From Catajapyx aquilonaris (lineage: Eukaryota), in NCBI GenBank assembly GCA_000934665.2, contig JYFJ02001380.1, positions 1 through 64,000 of the forward strand: a DNA stretch of 64,000 bases. Direction: 5' to 3'. Positions within the stretch are counted from its first letter, which is position 1. Each line of letters opens with the position of its first letter. The translations under genes and the position numbers were made by a program. A model generated the notes under the pieces. The model did no database searches, had not been told where the DNA came from, and was given only the letters and a program-made list of their open reading frames with translations. Of this stretch, positions 1 through 23,684 are shown one piece after another.

Positions 1-719
1 ACACCGTTTTCATACTGCACACAAACCACATGAGAAAAATTTTTACCAACAAACTGTCCAGCTGACTTATATTTTTTTTCCGGTCACCAAACTGTCACCA
101 AACTGTTTTTTTGGAGGGATCAAAAAAAAAATGTTCAGAGTGAGCAGGAAGTATGTGGAAACAGAGTCTCAATACCGTAACTGAAGTAGTGATTAGATAC
201 AGTGTGTGTCCTTGATTTGAGTGAAATTTTGTGTAACATATAAGTGTGGCAACGTCCAACTTTATTTTTTACAAAGAAAATATATATTTGATGCGACACA
301 ACCTACGTCGTCATAAGCTCCAGTCAATAACAATGGCCATAATACGTACATCCTGCCCTATTCAAAAGAAATGCACGAAACACCCTCTCTTGTGTTACAT
401 AAGTTCGCTTCCACAGTATAGTGTGGGAAGACCCTTTACCTTGGCCACATTATGTTCGAACCAAACTTCCCAGAGCCCAACCATCGATCTACGTTACTTG
501 ACATTACACGCACGTTAGAAATTTGCGATCGAACGACCCCTATCTGTCCACTGTGAAGGTTTTTTGACCCCATTTAACTCTATTATATTCCTTCGATAGC
601 TTGGTGGCTATTTTCTATTTTGTAGATTATTTCCAGCACTAGCCCAAAGAGGTTAATATTTTGACCGCTCTATTTCCGAGACTGCCAAAACCCACACCCT
701 CCATGATTTTGATCATCCT

Positions 720-980
720 TATTAATTCATTAATTCGTTTATTTAATATTATGTAATTATTTACATTAGTTTAATTGCCATTTATTTATTTACTTTATTT
801 GCTATTTATTTATATTATTTGTTTATTTGTTATTTATTTATATTTATTATTTGTTATATTATATTATATATTTATGTATTATATTTATTTTACCTTTTGT
901 AATTATTTGGTTTTCTCATTTTATGTATTAATTATATTTATTTTACCTTTTGTAATTATTTAGTTTGCTCATTTTATGTT
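720..980. repeat. AT-rich low-complexity tract
   Basis: Almost pure (TTTA/TTA)n-like sequence. Confidence 0.8.
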
Positions 981-1532
981 ATTGATTTCCGAGAGTGAAT
1001 CCTCTTGCCAAATCTTGGCAACACTGCCCCCCCCCCCTTTGGACGTAGTACCATATATCTTTGATATAGATGGCACATCTTTCTGTACACTACTGCCACT
1101 CTCAGGGCCGTACGATACGTAGTGGTACTACAGGGACAAACAGAGAGACATACTCGAGCAAATTTTGCTATTTTTTTGTTTTTTGTTTTTAATTATTTGT
1201 CCGCTTATTGGCTGGTGCGTGTGTCAGTTTATTTATTTATGCGTCAGTGTATTTAAGAGACATAATTTTTTTTAAAAATAAACAAGTAACAACTAATATA
1301 GCAAATAAACAAGCAAACAAACAAATTTTGTTTGTTTGCTTGTTTGTTTATCAGTATTTATCCATCATAGTATTTTCTTGTTGACGTATTTTTGGATGTT
1401 ATGACAATATTTTTTTTCTGTGTTTCCAGACCCTATCACCGCCGCCATGACAGCCCGGTCGACAGTGGAGCCACCTGTAGGGAGACCAGGCTAAAAATTT
1501 TTAAAAAGCGATATGGAAATAAGTAACTAGTC

Positions 1533-12059
<10,527 letters not shown>

Positions 12060-12897
12060 TGTTGTGAACGTTTTGCGGTAAATGGGTGCGTACGTGCTGT
12101 GGTCACAATGACTTTTATTGTATTATTTCGTTTCGAACTTATGTACATTTTAAACTCAAGTCTCTCTCTGCAGTCATCTGAACACATTTTTTCAGACATT
12201 TATGTGTTGTGTTAATTACAAGATAAGTTGGAAGGTTGATGGACGAAGAATGAGCTAAGTCACACTGGAGTGGATACTTAAATATTATTGTAAATTTTAC
12301 TTGTGAATAAGTGGAAAAAATAAATAAAGGCAACCAAACATTATTTTGGTGTACAACTAAAATACTAATGAAAATAATGATAAATCCTTTTTCAGATGTT
12401 CAAGGATATTATTTTCTTCCTTATTCCAATGCTGATTATGGAGGCTAATTAATTTACGGCAAAGGCAAGGCGTGTGATGTGGTCCCGACCTGTCTGCATA
12501 TAATTTAGGATGTGCATCGGTCTTCCTCAAGGCGTAGGCCTACTGGAAAACACAGGGCAAATGACAATGCAAGGATTATACTTTGGAAAGGGAAAGGCTG
12601 CTGTCATTTGTGTTTTTGACCTACTTATGATATGATATGATTGTTTTTATTAGCTTCCTTTACCAATACAACACCTTGCACGCCATTAGGTCACTGAACA
12701 GGGAAGAGGACCCAAGGTAATATTAGATTTGTCGCTGTGTTTATTGGCAAGTACTGATAGCTAGGCTACTCCTAACAGGAAATGTGTCAATTATATCCAA
12801 GGATCATGATGCATCATGTATGTGACAGACGTCACCTGGAGCATACTGCATGCCATGAACATTTCCCAATTGTTTGTGATAGCCTGTGAAGCTCAAC

Positions 12898-14787
12898 ATG
12901 TTGGAGAAAGTAGTGCTTGTGTTTTGCTTATTTTTGTGGACAGATTGTGCAAAGATGATAGTGACTGACAAATATGAGGATGAAAGTGAAGAGGCACTCT
13001 TGGCACAAGTAGTGTCCAGGATGAGCCAGGAGAACACTCGACTGGTCAACTGCACCGTGGCCATCCTGCACGATGGACGAGTACTGGACAATGGTCTGGA
13101 GAAACTAATCACTAGTGTGGACGTCCCAGTGGTGGTTGCTTCACTGGAGGAGAATCCGAAGCGTGTGAACGAGAGGGAATTGGTGATCCAGCAATCTGGG
13201 CAGTGCTTCTTCATTCTGGTTCACTGCAGTCTTAATTTGACGGAACAATTACTCAATCAATTTGCTAGTGGCCTGAGGCATTGGAAAACCACTCGTGACT
13301 TTATTGTGTTCCACATACATGACGGGCGTCTTTATGAAGCATTAGGATGGGAATCCCCACAATACAAGTACAGAGTGGGTGTGGACAATCTGAAGATTGA
13401 AAATGGAAACCTGACATTTCAGTTACTGTCAGCATGCTACTTCTGCCAGGAAGGAAACTATTCCGTCGGTGAATCACATGATGTCACATCTTTTGAGAAC
13501 TTCTTTATTGACAAGACAGTGGACTTTCGTGGGAGAGTCATTCGCGTCGTTAGTCCCCATTCTGATTTAAATCCATACTTGAAACAATACTTGCATTATG
13601 TAACCAAAGAAAACCATACGAAGGAAATTGACCAATTCGCTCACTACCAAAATAAGATCATACAGCCATTACATCTGGAATACTTTAGTTTTACCCACCC
13701 TTACGCAATGGATAGCATGATGATGGTAACAAAAAGACACCAACCAACCATGGCTTGGTCTGTGCTACTCGTTCCCTTTTCCTGGCAGGGGATTTTGCCT
13801 TTCATCACTGTGATATTGGTCATCACCGTAATGTTTTGCGGTCTTTTGAAATCTGGTCAAGGTAATTTTGTCACCATCCTTGTCCTTAAGGTGTCACCAC
13901 CTCTTTGTAACCAGTCCATCAAAATCAGAGACTTGAGACCTGCTGCGACCTGGATCTTCTGCATGTATCTCTTCTTCTGCGTCCTGATGTCCAACTTCTT
14001 CACTGCAGACATGGTCGGACTCTTTATGGATAAGCCCGTTAGAAATGTCGACTCTTTGACGGACCTTGTGGACATGGGTTACAAGTGGGGTGGCTGCCTA
14101 CATGACAAGCTTTACTTCGACTCCTTCGTCAATGTCACTGAGATAGAAGTGGAAAAAGTGATCGTGAATGGGATGGAATATTCCTATATGAAGGACTATT
14201 ACGACATCATGGCAGAATGTTTTGGTAAAGTAATGATGGAAAGGTTTGCTTGCTTCATGCAAGTAAGTCCTCTGAACAGTTATTTTGTGGCACAATACAG
14301 TTTTCATTGGAAAATATTTCATCAGGATGAGATTCATGTGGTGCGAAGTACTCTACCACTCATGATGGGTAGAATAATCACTACGAAGAAGTACTCCGTG
14401 GCATACGAATCCCTCCAACGAGGTGTGCTGAGATACATTGATTGCGGATTCCTTCATTACAACACGTACATTAAAATGAAGCAGATCACGGACCACCAGG
14501 AGATGTTTTTGTTCCAGGTAAGTGATAATGCTTCAAAAGGCAAGTCTCCAACGGCCCTCGAACTGAGTCACTTAAAGTCTCCATTTCATGCCCTGTGTTT
14601 TGGTATGTGTCTGTCATTGGCTTGTTTTCTGTGCGAAACTACAGATCTATTGGGTTTCCTAAAGCGACATGGTCGTCATAGTGGACCAAGACCCAAAAAA
14701 CTATCTGGCTGTGCTGTAAATCTGAACCAATTAAATATGCAGCACCCAACACTTAATCCGGAAACAAATCTATTATTCACACTATGA
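12898..14787 (+). CDS. Divergent ionotropic receptor (array copy 1), intact, intronless, 629 aa
   Basis: Signal peptide, short N-terminal domain with CYFC, DFRGR..FTHPY (S1), LxPF pre-M1, M1, re-entrant loop with Q, M3 (SNFFTADMVG, aligning with iGluR SYTANL), vDSLxDL, S2, RYIDCG and M4 (HLKSPF). The first in-frame ATG is at 12898. Confidence 0.85.
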   Translation: MLEKVVLVFCLFLWTDCAKMIVTDKYEDESEEALLAQVVSRMSQENTRLVNCTVAILHDGRVLDNGLEKLITSVDVPVVVASLEENPKRVNERELVIQQSGQCFFILVHCSLNLTEQLLNQFASGLRHWKTTRDFIVFHIHDGRLYEALGWESPQYKYRVGVDNLKIENGNLTFQLLSACYFCQEGNYSVGESHDVTSFENFFIDKTVDFRGRVIRVVSPHSDLNPYLKQYLHYVTKENHTKEIDQFAHYQNKIIQPLHLEYFSFTHPYAMDSMMMVTKRHQPTMAWSVLLVPFSWQGILPFITVILVITVMFCGLLKSGQGNFVTILVLKVSPPLCNQSIKIRDLRPAATWIFCMYLFFCVLMSNFFTADMVGLFMDKPVRNVDSLTDLVDMGYKWGGCLHDKLYFDSFVNVTEIEVEKVIVNGMEYSYMKDYYDIMAECFGKVMMERFACFMQVSPLNSYFVAQYSFHWKIFHQDEIHVVRSTLPLMMGRIITTKKYSVAYESLQRGVLRYIDCGFLHYNTYIKMKQITDHQEMFLFQVSDNASKGKSPTALELSHLKSPFHALCFGMCLSLACFLCETTDLLGFLKRHGRHSGPRPKKLSGCAVNLNQLNMQHPTLNPETNLLFTL

Positions 14788-15220
14788 GAGTTCAGTGACA
14801 ACATGCTTATTGAAGACTTTTAAATAACAATCAAAGCTGTGTTGTATATATTGTTCAAATGTTTCATTGTAATTATTTGCACATGTGTTTAGTTCCAGTG
14901 TGATGTGTCACACCTCATTTTCACGTTTTCGATCACTAATACAATAAATCAATACACTGCTTAGCATTATGCACACAAGTTAAGTGTTTCATTTAGTGGT
15001 AGTTGAAATAACGACTCTGCATAGAAGGTGATGCCTGACAATTCTGTTATTGACATACACTAACACCTAAGAAATTCACGAGGCTATATCGCATTCACAT
15101 CCAAGGGTCTTGACGAGTTGAGCAATAAGAGTGACATCACGTGCTCAGTGCTGTCACGTGCCAACTTGGTTGTCCACACCTTGAGCTGTCTCATTGGGAA
15201 ATACTTTCTGGGACACTCAG

Positions 15221-15725
15221 TCCTTCTTCACTTCCAACATGGTCAGACTTCTCATGAAAAAGTCTTTTAAAAATGTGGATTCTCTGAAGGATGTTGTGGA
15301 CATGAGCTACAAGTGGGGTGCCAGCAGACACGACATGTTTTATTTCGATTCCTTTCTGACGTGACCGAGATTGAACTGGAAAAGGTGATTGCCACCCGTC
15401 CGGGATTGAATACTACTATATGAAGGACTATTTTAATTTTATGAAAAAAATGGATTAAGAGAACAATGGTAGAGAAGTTTGCTTGCTTTGTGCAAGGTGC
15501 CTGGAACATGGGGTTTCCTTCACAGTACCAAACAGATAAACTTCATCTGGATCAGATTCACGTGGTACGAAGTGAACTAACATTCATTATGGGAGGAAGA
15601 GTGGTCACCCAGATAATTTACAAGGCCTAGAACTGCTCCAATTGAAGTCACCATTTTGCGCACTGTTTGTTGGATTATGCATTTCATTGGCTTCCTTCCT
15701 CTGCGAAACTAATATAACCTGATGA
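15221..15725 (+). pseudogene. IR remnant (end of M3 to M4) fused directly to a degenerate array promoter
   Basis: Recognisable ttcttcacttccaacatggtc..aatgtggattctctgaaggat..gagaagtttgcttgctt..gaagtcaccattt, with indels. Confidence 0.75.
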
Positions 15726-16220
15726 GTTTTTGTGCAATTAATATTGCTCAGCGATTATCGACAAAATATAAGGAAATGTAGGGTTACCCCACTCGTATTG
15801 ATTCAAGGTACAGGTAACATTAATTTCATTCTCTATAGGTATCCAGCTTCTAGGACGGAAATAAATTATTCTGATTTCTTCATATATCTCTTTGTAATTA
15901 TGCATACGTTGAGTGTAAGCTCGATTTTAATTGACCTTACGTAACTATCCATCACACGTTTTTCTCGCGTGTCTTCATTCAATTAATCAGGAAAATGTTT
16001 CGCATCAAGCCCTCAGCTATTCCTTTCATTATTCAACCATTGGAACGGCTGAGAAATTCAGGTGATGTGGAGTAATCCTATTTAATATTATTGACGAGTA
16101 GTGATGTTGGGATGACAGCATGTGCGCAATACTGTCACGAACCAATTGGGCAGTCCACACCTTGAGCTGTCTCATATTGGGATAGGCTTTGTGGCACTCT
16201 CAGTGCATGAAGCTATAAAC

Positions 16221-18002
16221 ATGTTCTGGAAACCTTTATTCATTTCGCACTTACTTTTGTGGACAGTTTTTGCAGAAGTGACAGTGACTACACAATCTGA
16301 GGATGAAAGTGAATTAACACTTTTGGCAGAAGTGGTGTCCAGGATGAGCCAGGAAAGCACTCGACTGGTCAACTGCACCTTGTCCATCCTGCACGATGGA
16401 CGAGTACTGGACAATGGTCTGGAGAAACTAATCACTAGTGTGGACGTCCCAGTGGTGGTTGCTTCACTGGAGGAGAATCCGAAGAGGGTGGACGAAAGTG
16501 AATTGGTGATCCAGCAATCGGGGCAGTGCTTCTTGATTCTTATTCATTCTGAATATGAGTATTTCTATTCGTTACTTCATCAATTATTTACTTCACTGAG
16601 AAAATGGAAAACAACTCGCGACTATATAGTTTTCCACATCACAGACGGATATCTTCATCATGCATTAGCATGGGAATCCCCACAATACAAGTACAGAGTG
16701 GGCGTGGACATATCAAAGCTGGAAAATGGCAACCTATCATTTCGGTGGCTGTCAGGGTGCTACTTCTGCCAGGATGGGAAATATTCGGTTGAAGAAGTGT
16801 CGACAGAGAAACCATTTGAAGACATATACAGGGAAAGCAAAGTGGATTTTCATAAGAGAGCCATTCACGTGTTGCAGCCACATCCTTTTTTAAATCCCTA
16901 CTTGGAACAATACCTTAATTACGCAACCGTGAATGAGAGCCGTGAGACGGATTTGTACAATCACGAACAGGAAAGCGATTTTTCAAAATTAGATAGTTAT
17001 GAAACTTTCACCCATCCGTATCGCATGGACAGGATGCTAATTCTCGCAAAAAATCATCCTCCAACTATGACTTGGGCAGTGCTTCTCTTTCCCTTCTCTT
17101 GGCAGGTGACTGACTGTCCCTTTCATCGCTGTAATATTGGTGATCACCTCTGCGTTTTGCCATCTCCTGAAACCAGACCAAAGTACTTCTAAGCTTCACT
17201 TCAGTTTTGTCACCATCCTTACCCTTAAGGTGTACCCACCTCTTTTGTGCCAGTCCATCAAAATGAGAGACTTGAGACCTGCTGCGACCTGGATATTCTG
17301 CATGTATTCCTTCTTCTGTGTCCTGATGTCCAACTTCTTCACTGCAGACATGGTCGGACTGCTCATGAAACAACCTGTTAAAAATGTGGATTCTCTGAAG
17401 GATCTTGTGGATATGGGCTACAAGTGGGGGACCACCAGACTGCACATGGAGTATTTCTATTCCTTTGCGAACGTGACCGGGATTGGAGTGGAAACAGTGA
17501 TCGCCAATGGGATGGAATACTCCGATATGGAGAACTATTACGAATTCATGTTAGAATGCACTCAGAGAGTAGTGATGGAGAAGTTTGCTTGCTTCCTAAT
17601 AGAAACTTGGTGGGTATGTTAGAGTACGATCCTAAAGCAGAAGAATTGCATCTGGATGAGATTCACGCGGTGCCAACTGAACTACCACTCGTAATGGTGG
17701 GAGTAGTCACTGAGGAAAGGTACTCGGTAATTTACGAATCTCTGCAACGAGGGTTGATGCGATACATTGACTGCGGATTCCTTCAGTACGAAACGTGCCT
17801 CATAATGCAGCTGTCGATACCTCAGCGGATGATTTCATTCGAGGAAGGAGAAGTAGTATCCGATGAAAATAATTTGAAAGGCCTCGAACTGATTCATTTG
17901 AAGTCGCCCTTTCTCGCCCTGTGTGCTGGATTATGCATGTCTTTGGCTTGCTTCCTATGCGAAATTAGTAAAATAATGGCTTTCTCATGCAAATCTGACT
18001 GA
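16221..18002 (+). pseudogene. IR array copy 2, two frameshifts (~17110, ~17612)
   Basis: Three overlapping ORFs (16122..17192, 17137..17622, 17424..18002) together make one full-length paralogue. Confidence 0.85.
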
Positions 18003-19019
18003 GCTATGAAGCCAACTAATTATCTGGAAAAGTACGTCTATACGCTACCCGTATACCGAGCATTTCAATTCCTGATACTGTTCTACTTTCAGTAAGGAAA
18101 TTACTCCGTGTCCTCATATTATTCCTCTTTGTAATTATGCATACGTTTAGTGGAAGGTCAATGTTGTAATGCATCTTACGTAATTATCCATCACACCTTT
18201 ATCTCACGTGTCTTCATGCAATGAACCAACAAATTGTTTCGCAATAAGCACCCAGGCTATAGGCTTACATTATTCTGCAATAACTTATATTGACAGAAAC
18301 TGTCCCATGAGAAATTCAGGAGAAATGGCGAAAGACTTTGTGGCACCCTCAGTCCATGATGAAGCAATGTGACTTCTTTTGATGAAAACAACTGTGAAAT
18401 GTTATTTTAAATGTGATTTTGCAAAACAAATCAGTTTTCAAAATGAAACATTTATAAAAGTCAGTCATTATTTTTAATGTTTTAGTAACCGCGATTGTAA
18501 TGACTTAAATAATAATTATATATGTCACAGCTATGTCTCATATCTCACAATTTATTCAGAGTCAATAAAATATTTTGCAACATGAGGGGCGTTTCACTAT
18601 TTTGTTGTTGACACACACTTTACGCCTGAAAAATACGATAAAAATATATTGTAAACGTTGAGATTGCTTTAGATTTTTTGATTAGTATAACCTCGAATGT
18701 GATGCCTTACGTAATTATACACGTTCCGTACGTGACTCCTTTTTCTGGGGTACCAGTATCTCAATTCAATAAATCCATGAAATGGTAATAGCCAATAGCA
18801 CATAGGATATGCGTTTTAATTATACAGCCATTGACACACACTTACGCATGAGAAATTCAGGAGATATGGCTCAATCCTATCAAATATTCTGGACGAGTCG
18901 TGATGTAGCAATGACAGCAAGTGCGCAAAAATGTCACGGTTCAACTTGGCAGTCCACACCTTGAGCTGTCTCATGTTGGGTTACACTCTGTGGCACACTC
19001 AGTACATGAAGCTATAAAC

Positions 19020-20030
19020 ATGTTCTGGCAGGCTTTATTCATTTCGCACTTACATTTGTGGACAGTTTTTGGCGAAGTGAAAAAAACTATCAAATCAGAC
19101 TATGAAAGTGAAGAGACATTTTTGGCACAAGTAGTGTCCAGCATGAGCCAGGAGAACACTCGACTGGTCAACTGCACCTTGGCCATCCTGATCGATGGAC
19201 GAGTACTGGACAATGGTCTGGAGAAACTAATCACTAGTGTGGACGTCCCAAGTGGTGGTTGCTTCACTGGAGGAGAATCCGAAGAGTGTGGACGAGAGGG
19301 AATTGGTGATCCAGCAATCGGGGCAGTGCTTCTTCATTCTTGTTCACTCCAAATTTAATTTGATTGATAAATTACTCATGAAACAGCCCGTTAAAAATGT
19401 GGATTCTCTGAAGGATCTCTTGGACATGGGCTACAAGGGGAAGACCAGCAGAGAGCACAATCATGCTTTATTTTGATTCCTTTGCGGCCGTTACCGAGGT
19501 TGAAGTGGAAAAATTGATTGCCGGTGGTGTCGAATACTCCGAAATGGATGACTACCACCACTTCGTGGAGGAATGCATTGGGAGAGCAATGGCGGATAAG
19601 TTTGCTTGATTCGTACCAGAAAACATCTGGAACATGATAAGCTTAGTACAATATTATCAATCAGCGGATAAATGTCATCTGGATCAGATTCACGCGGTGC
19701 GAAGTGAACTATACCAGTCATGATGGGGGGAATAGTCATTGAGGAAAAGTACTCAGTTATTTACGGATCTCTCCAACGAGGTGTGATGAGATACATTGAC
19801 TGCGGGATTCTTCATTACGACACATACGTCATATAATGCAGCAGGTCAAACATTATTTCCTGACGACTTCCACCAAAGAACACAAAGTTGCATCTGATGA
19901 AGATAATCTAAAAGGACTCCAACTGCTCCAATTATTGAAGTCGCCATTTCTCGCACTCTGTGTTGGATTATGATTGTGTGGCATTGGCTTGCTTATTTTG
20001 CGAAATTACAAAGTCATGGGTCGTGCAATG
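19020..20030 (+). pseudogene. IR array copy 3, decayed, with an internal deletion of S1-M3
   Basis: +1 insertion at ~19250. The N-terminal part is joined at ~19375 to the post-M3 MKQPVKNVDSL, with further stops and indels downstream. Confidence 0.85.
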
Positions 20031-20534
20031 TTCTTTCTAAGCCTTCAAAACGCCATATTATACACATGGACTGGAAAAATGTCACCATTGATATTGTTGA
20101 ATTTCATTGTTGTCTTGGTATTATGTGTGTTGACCATACTTTGAAAACAACGAATCAGCAACAATCATCGTTGATATTATAATAACTGGTTTCCATGTCA
20201 TCTCTGGAACGCTCTGAAGCAGTTGCATTCTCTTCCTATACATATCCATTGTGGTCGGCCATCAATCCACCATTGGCCAGGCCTACTTACATCTGCACGG
20301 GACTTGGTGTGTCTCTCTGTATCAGTATAGGCTACCTACAGAGGTGAAGGTACCTAGTATAAATTTCATGACCAGCTTATAAAATCAGTCTCAATATGTT
20401 TGCACTAGCACTCGTATATTTGAAGTAATTGTTTAAATAATTGTTTTAAATATTAATAAAACAATGAATCCTGCTCATTTTTTATTGGCTGTACCTTATT
20501 TTAATCCAGCAGGCGGCGATCAACAGAGAAAATA

Positions 20535-21554
20535 ATGTCTGATTTGTACCAGTCTGTCATGGCTCAACCAACTCGACCATTCTGGTTCAAGTGGAGTATT
20601 AAGCAATATCACATGATAGGAGAGAACAAAATTAGATCCGATACATTTACAACTGGCGGACCTGAACCCAAAAAGTGGATGTTGGAGCTCTATCCCAAAG
20701 GCATAACTGAGGCATCTAGTGGTCATCTCTCACTTTACCTCTACTACCTTCCTGCTGGTAGAGTTGATAGAGCAGATGCAATCACAGTATCAAGCAAATT
20801 CAGCATAAAGAGTGCCACCAACAATGACTATGATGTAGGTCCATCTAGCGTGCGCGCGTTCAGGGCCTGGGGTTATTCTAAATTCATTTCCATCCAAATG
20901 CTCCAAGAGCGGGCATCTGACCTCCTCCCTAACGACACTCTTACCTTGATTTGCGAGGGAGAGGTCCATTTGAAGAGAACAATGGAGACTGTGAAAGTGA
21001 GTACCTGTACTGAGGTTTGTGGCCCTGGATTAGCTGAAGATGTGCAGAATGCATGGAATTCGACTTCGAGTAAGGATGTGACATTGGTGGTTAACGAGTC
21101 ACAGTTTCCAGTGCACAAGTTTGTTCTTTGTGCTCGAAGCCCAGTGTTTGCAGCCATGTTCCAGCATGAAACCGAGGAAAAAAGGACAGGAAAGGTTTTC
21201 ATCAAGGACTTGAAGCCTGAAGTGGTGCAAGGCCTAATAGACTTCATGTACTCTGACCAAATTCCAGCAAGCATGACTGCAGGATTAGCTGTGGAACTGT
21301 TTGCAGCCGCTGACAAGTATCAGGTTCTGAAGCTGAAGTCCTTGTGCGAACTTCATCTCGTCAAATCTGTGACTGTTGATAATGTACTGCACCTTTTGAA
21401 GTGTGCCATATATCATAACAACACACCAACACTGAAGGACATGTGTTTGAAGTTTGTAAGGTCCAACGTGAAGGAGGTTAAGAAGTCCCAGTATTGGAAA
21501 GAATGTGTCGATTCGGATATCTTGAGGGTTCTTTTGGATATGTTTGCAGATTAA
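20535..21554 (+). CDS. Speckle-type POZ-like (MATH-BTB-BACK) protein, 339 aa, intronless CDS
   Basis: MATH motifs (FKWSIK, SDTF, KWMLELYPKG, HLSLYL, AWGYSKFI, LLPNDTLTLICE) and BTB motifs (DVTLVV, FPVHKFVLCARSPVFAAMFQHE, LFAAADKYQVLKLKSLCE). Probable 5'-UTR acceptor near 20510 and AATAAA at ~21636. Confidence 0.92.
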   Translation: MSDLYQSVMAQPTRPFWFKWSIKQYHMIGENKIRSDTFTTGGPEPKKWMLELYPKGITEASSGHLSLYLYYLPAGRVDRADAITVSSKFSIKSATNNDYDVGPSSVRAFRAWGYSKFISIQMLQERASDLLPNDTLTLICEGEVHLKRTMETVKVSTCTEVCGPGLAEDVQNAWNSTSSKDVTLVVNESQFPVHKFVLCARSPVFAAMFQHETEEKRTGKVFIKDLKPEVVQGLIDFMYSDQIPASMTAGLAVELFAAADKYQVLKLKSLCELHLVKSVTVDNVLHLLKCAIYHNNTPTLKDMCLKFVRSNVKEVKKSQYWKECVDSDILRVLLDMFAD

Positions 21555-21790
21555 GAGCCTTCCAAATTCCCATATAATTTACAGTATATGAGGAATCAAA
21601 GTATGGATGTCAAAATTTCAAACGTGAAAAAGTGAAATAAATATGTTTAAAACGTCATTTCCAGTACTGTCTATGGATCCCACATATTGCCTTACAGTGT
21701 CCTGCTATAAGGCCACTCTACAAAAGTTAATACCTCTTAGGTATACAATTTATTGTAATAGATATTAGTGCTACAGAGATACACTACATA

Positions 21791-23684
21791 TCAAATATAA
21801 TGTCCCAGTAGAACCTCAGTTGCAAAAATAATTGCACCCAAACACCAGCTGAAAATGAATAGGAAGTACATGACACCTCTCATTTGCTCAAATTTCAAAG
21901 CCATTGATTGCAAGAACAATACATCCTTTTTTCTAGCGTCTCTGATTCCAATGAGTAAACTTGTTTCGAATAAGTACTTGTCGTATTTTGCCATAAGACC
22001 AGAGTCAATGTAATACAGAACAAACCGGTTGAAAATCGGCCCTAGTAAACTGTGCTTGTCAGTAATTAAACCAGCGAAAGTTAGAATTCCGGCTTCCTTT
22101 GATAAAACAATTGGAAGTTTTCCAGTCTTGTCAACAAATAGGGCACCTATGGCCAACAATATGTCAGCAGTAGTAATGCAGGCGTAGTTGTTGTCTATTG
22201 ATTTACGAATGCAAGTGTTGAAGTCTTTTTCGTCTATCATGCGATCGGCAATGGGTTTTAAATATTCCAAATCATTATTCATAAAAATGCTGGCATAGTA
22301 TGGTTTTGCTGCTTCCAACGTCCCCCATTCCCAGTGATCACTTCTTTTGCTGAGATCTTGATATGTCTTGGGTAAATCTTCCTGTAGTGGAGAGGCTAAA
22401 AATCCAAAATAACGTGCTTCGTAACCGCAAATTAAAACCAATGAACCAATCCACCAGAAGGATATGAACACTCGAGGGGCATTGCCTTCTGGTACAGTAT
22501 TTGGATTTTCCTCAATTAATGTAGAAAATGTATATCTTAAAGAATAAAGGAAAATTGATGGTGGATATCTACCTGTTGGAAAAGGGCTGATGAATTGTTT
22601 TTGTACTTTAAGCACAAAGCAAAGGACGAAACTACCGGTGAGGCAGGCCAAAAACATTAAAATCCACATGTCAGAATGATGTGTATGGCAAAAGCACAGA
22701 ATTCCACGAATAGCTCGGTCTGGATGTTCTCGTCGCAAATGTCACATGAGTAATATAAGTTGGAAACATGACTTGAACACCTCCGTACATTTCATATGTA
22801 AGTACTGAAAAACCAAACTCTGCAGTTCTTCCTAAAATTACACCTGTTTGTCCTGTGTAATTTCCATCTACCAAACGTGAATCTGGAAGTTCTCCGTCGG
22901 CTAATTCAGCAAGTTCTAATGTCCAATCAAAATTCAAAATTTCACTTGCTATGAGCGTGTATATAAACGTGCCAAACATCGGCAATGTATTGTCCAAAAT
23001 GTACCTCAACTCTTCCTTGGTCAGATCAAGCGGCCCCGTCGCATTAATTACATTACCTTGTAGATTGGTGGAATAATCCCGAAACAACTTCGGTGTTTGG
23101 CCACCCTTGTATTGACCGACATGTACCACCATTGGGTTGCCATTATCGCAATAATGACAGTTTGACATCACCTGCAGCGAGTGAGTGTCCTCGTCGTGCT
23201 TGATCCCGATCTGAAAGAGCATCATTTGGACGATGGGATGCATCAACACTGTGTCCACTAATCCGTCCCTGGGCCAGAAGAGAAACCTGTCCCTTCCGGT
23301 GTCCATGAGGTGAAGAGTGGCAGCGTGGACCACCAGAGGAGACAAGGTGTCCAGTGTCCCGAAGGCGAAGAGGAAGGTGGCGCAGGGGTCCAGTCTCCTG
23401 GCCTCCGGTCTGTGCAGCCAGGAGAACCAGTACTGTCCACTGGCGTCCACTGGTGTCCCGTCCCACCTCACCACCGCCACTTCCTCCGATCCATTGTTGA
23501 TCAGCCGGTTAAACGAAGAGGGGAACACCAACCAGTCGCCGCACAGCACCAGGAGACACCCCTCTCGATGGACATCACTCACCAAGGATGACACCAGTTC
23601 CTCTTCCTCCGACCAGGATGATGTTCCCTGTACCTGACCATACACTGCACAAAGAGCAACAAATGCTAACCGAATCGCTTCCAT
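21791..23684 (-). pseudogene. Divergent ionotropic receptor of a different subfamily, with one frameshift at ~22675-22682
   Basis: ORF 22671..23684 gives signal peptide, CHYC, NLQG, DGNYTGQTGVI and SVLLPY. ORF 21791..22738 continues SDMW-M1, pore, PRVFISFWW-M3, PKTYQDL, YIDSGL and M4. Removing 4 nt restores LLPYTSDMW. Could be an allele or an assembly error. Confidence 0.8.

Noticed and set aside
775..963. Hydrophobic 62-aa ORF
   Set aside because: Artefact of AT-rich low complexity.
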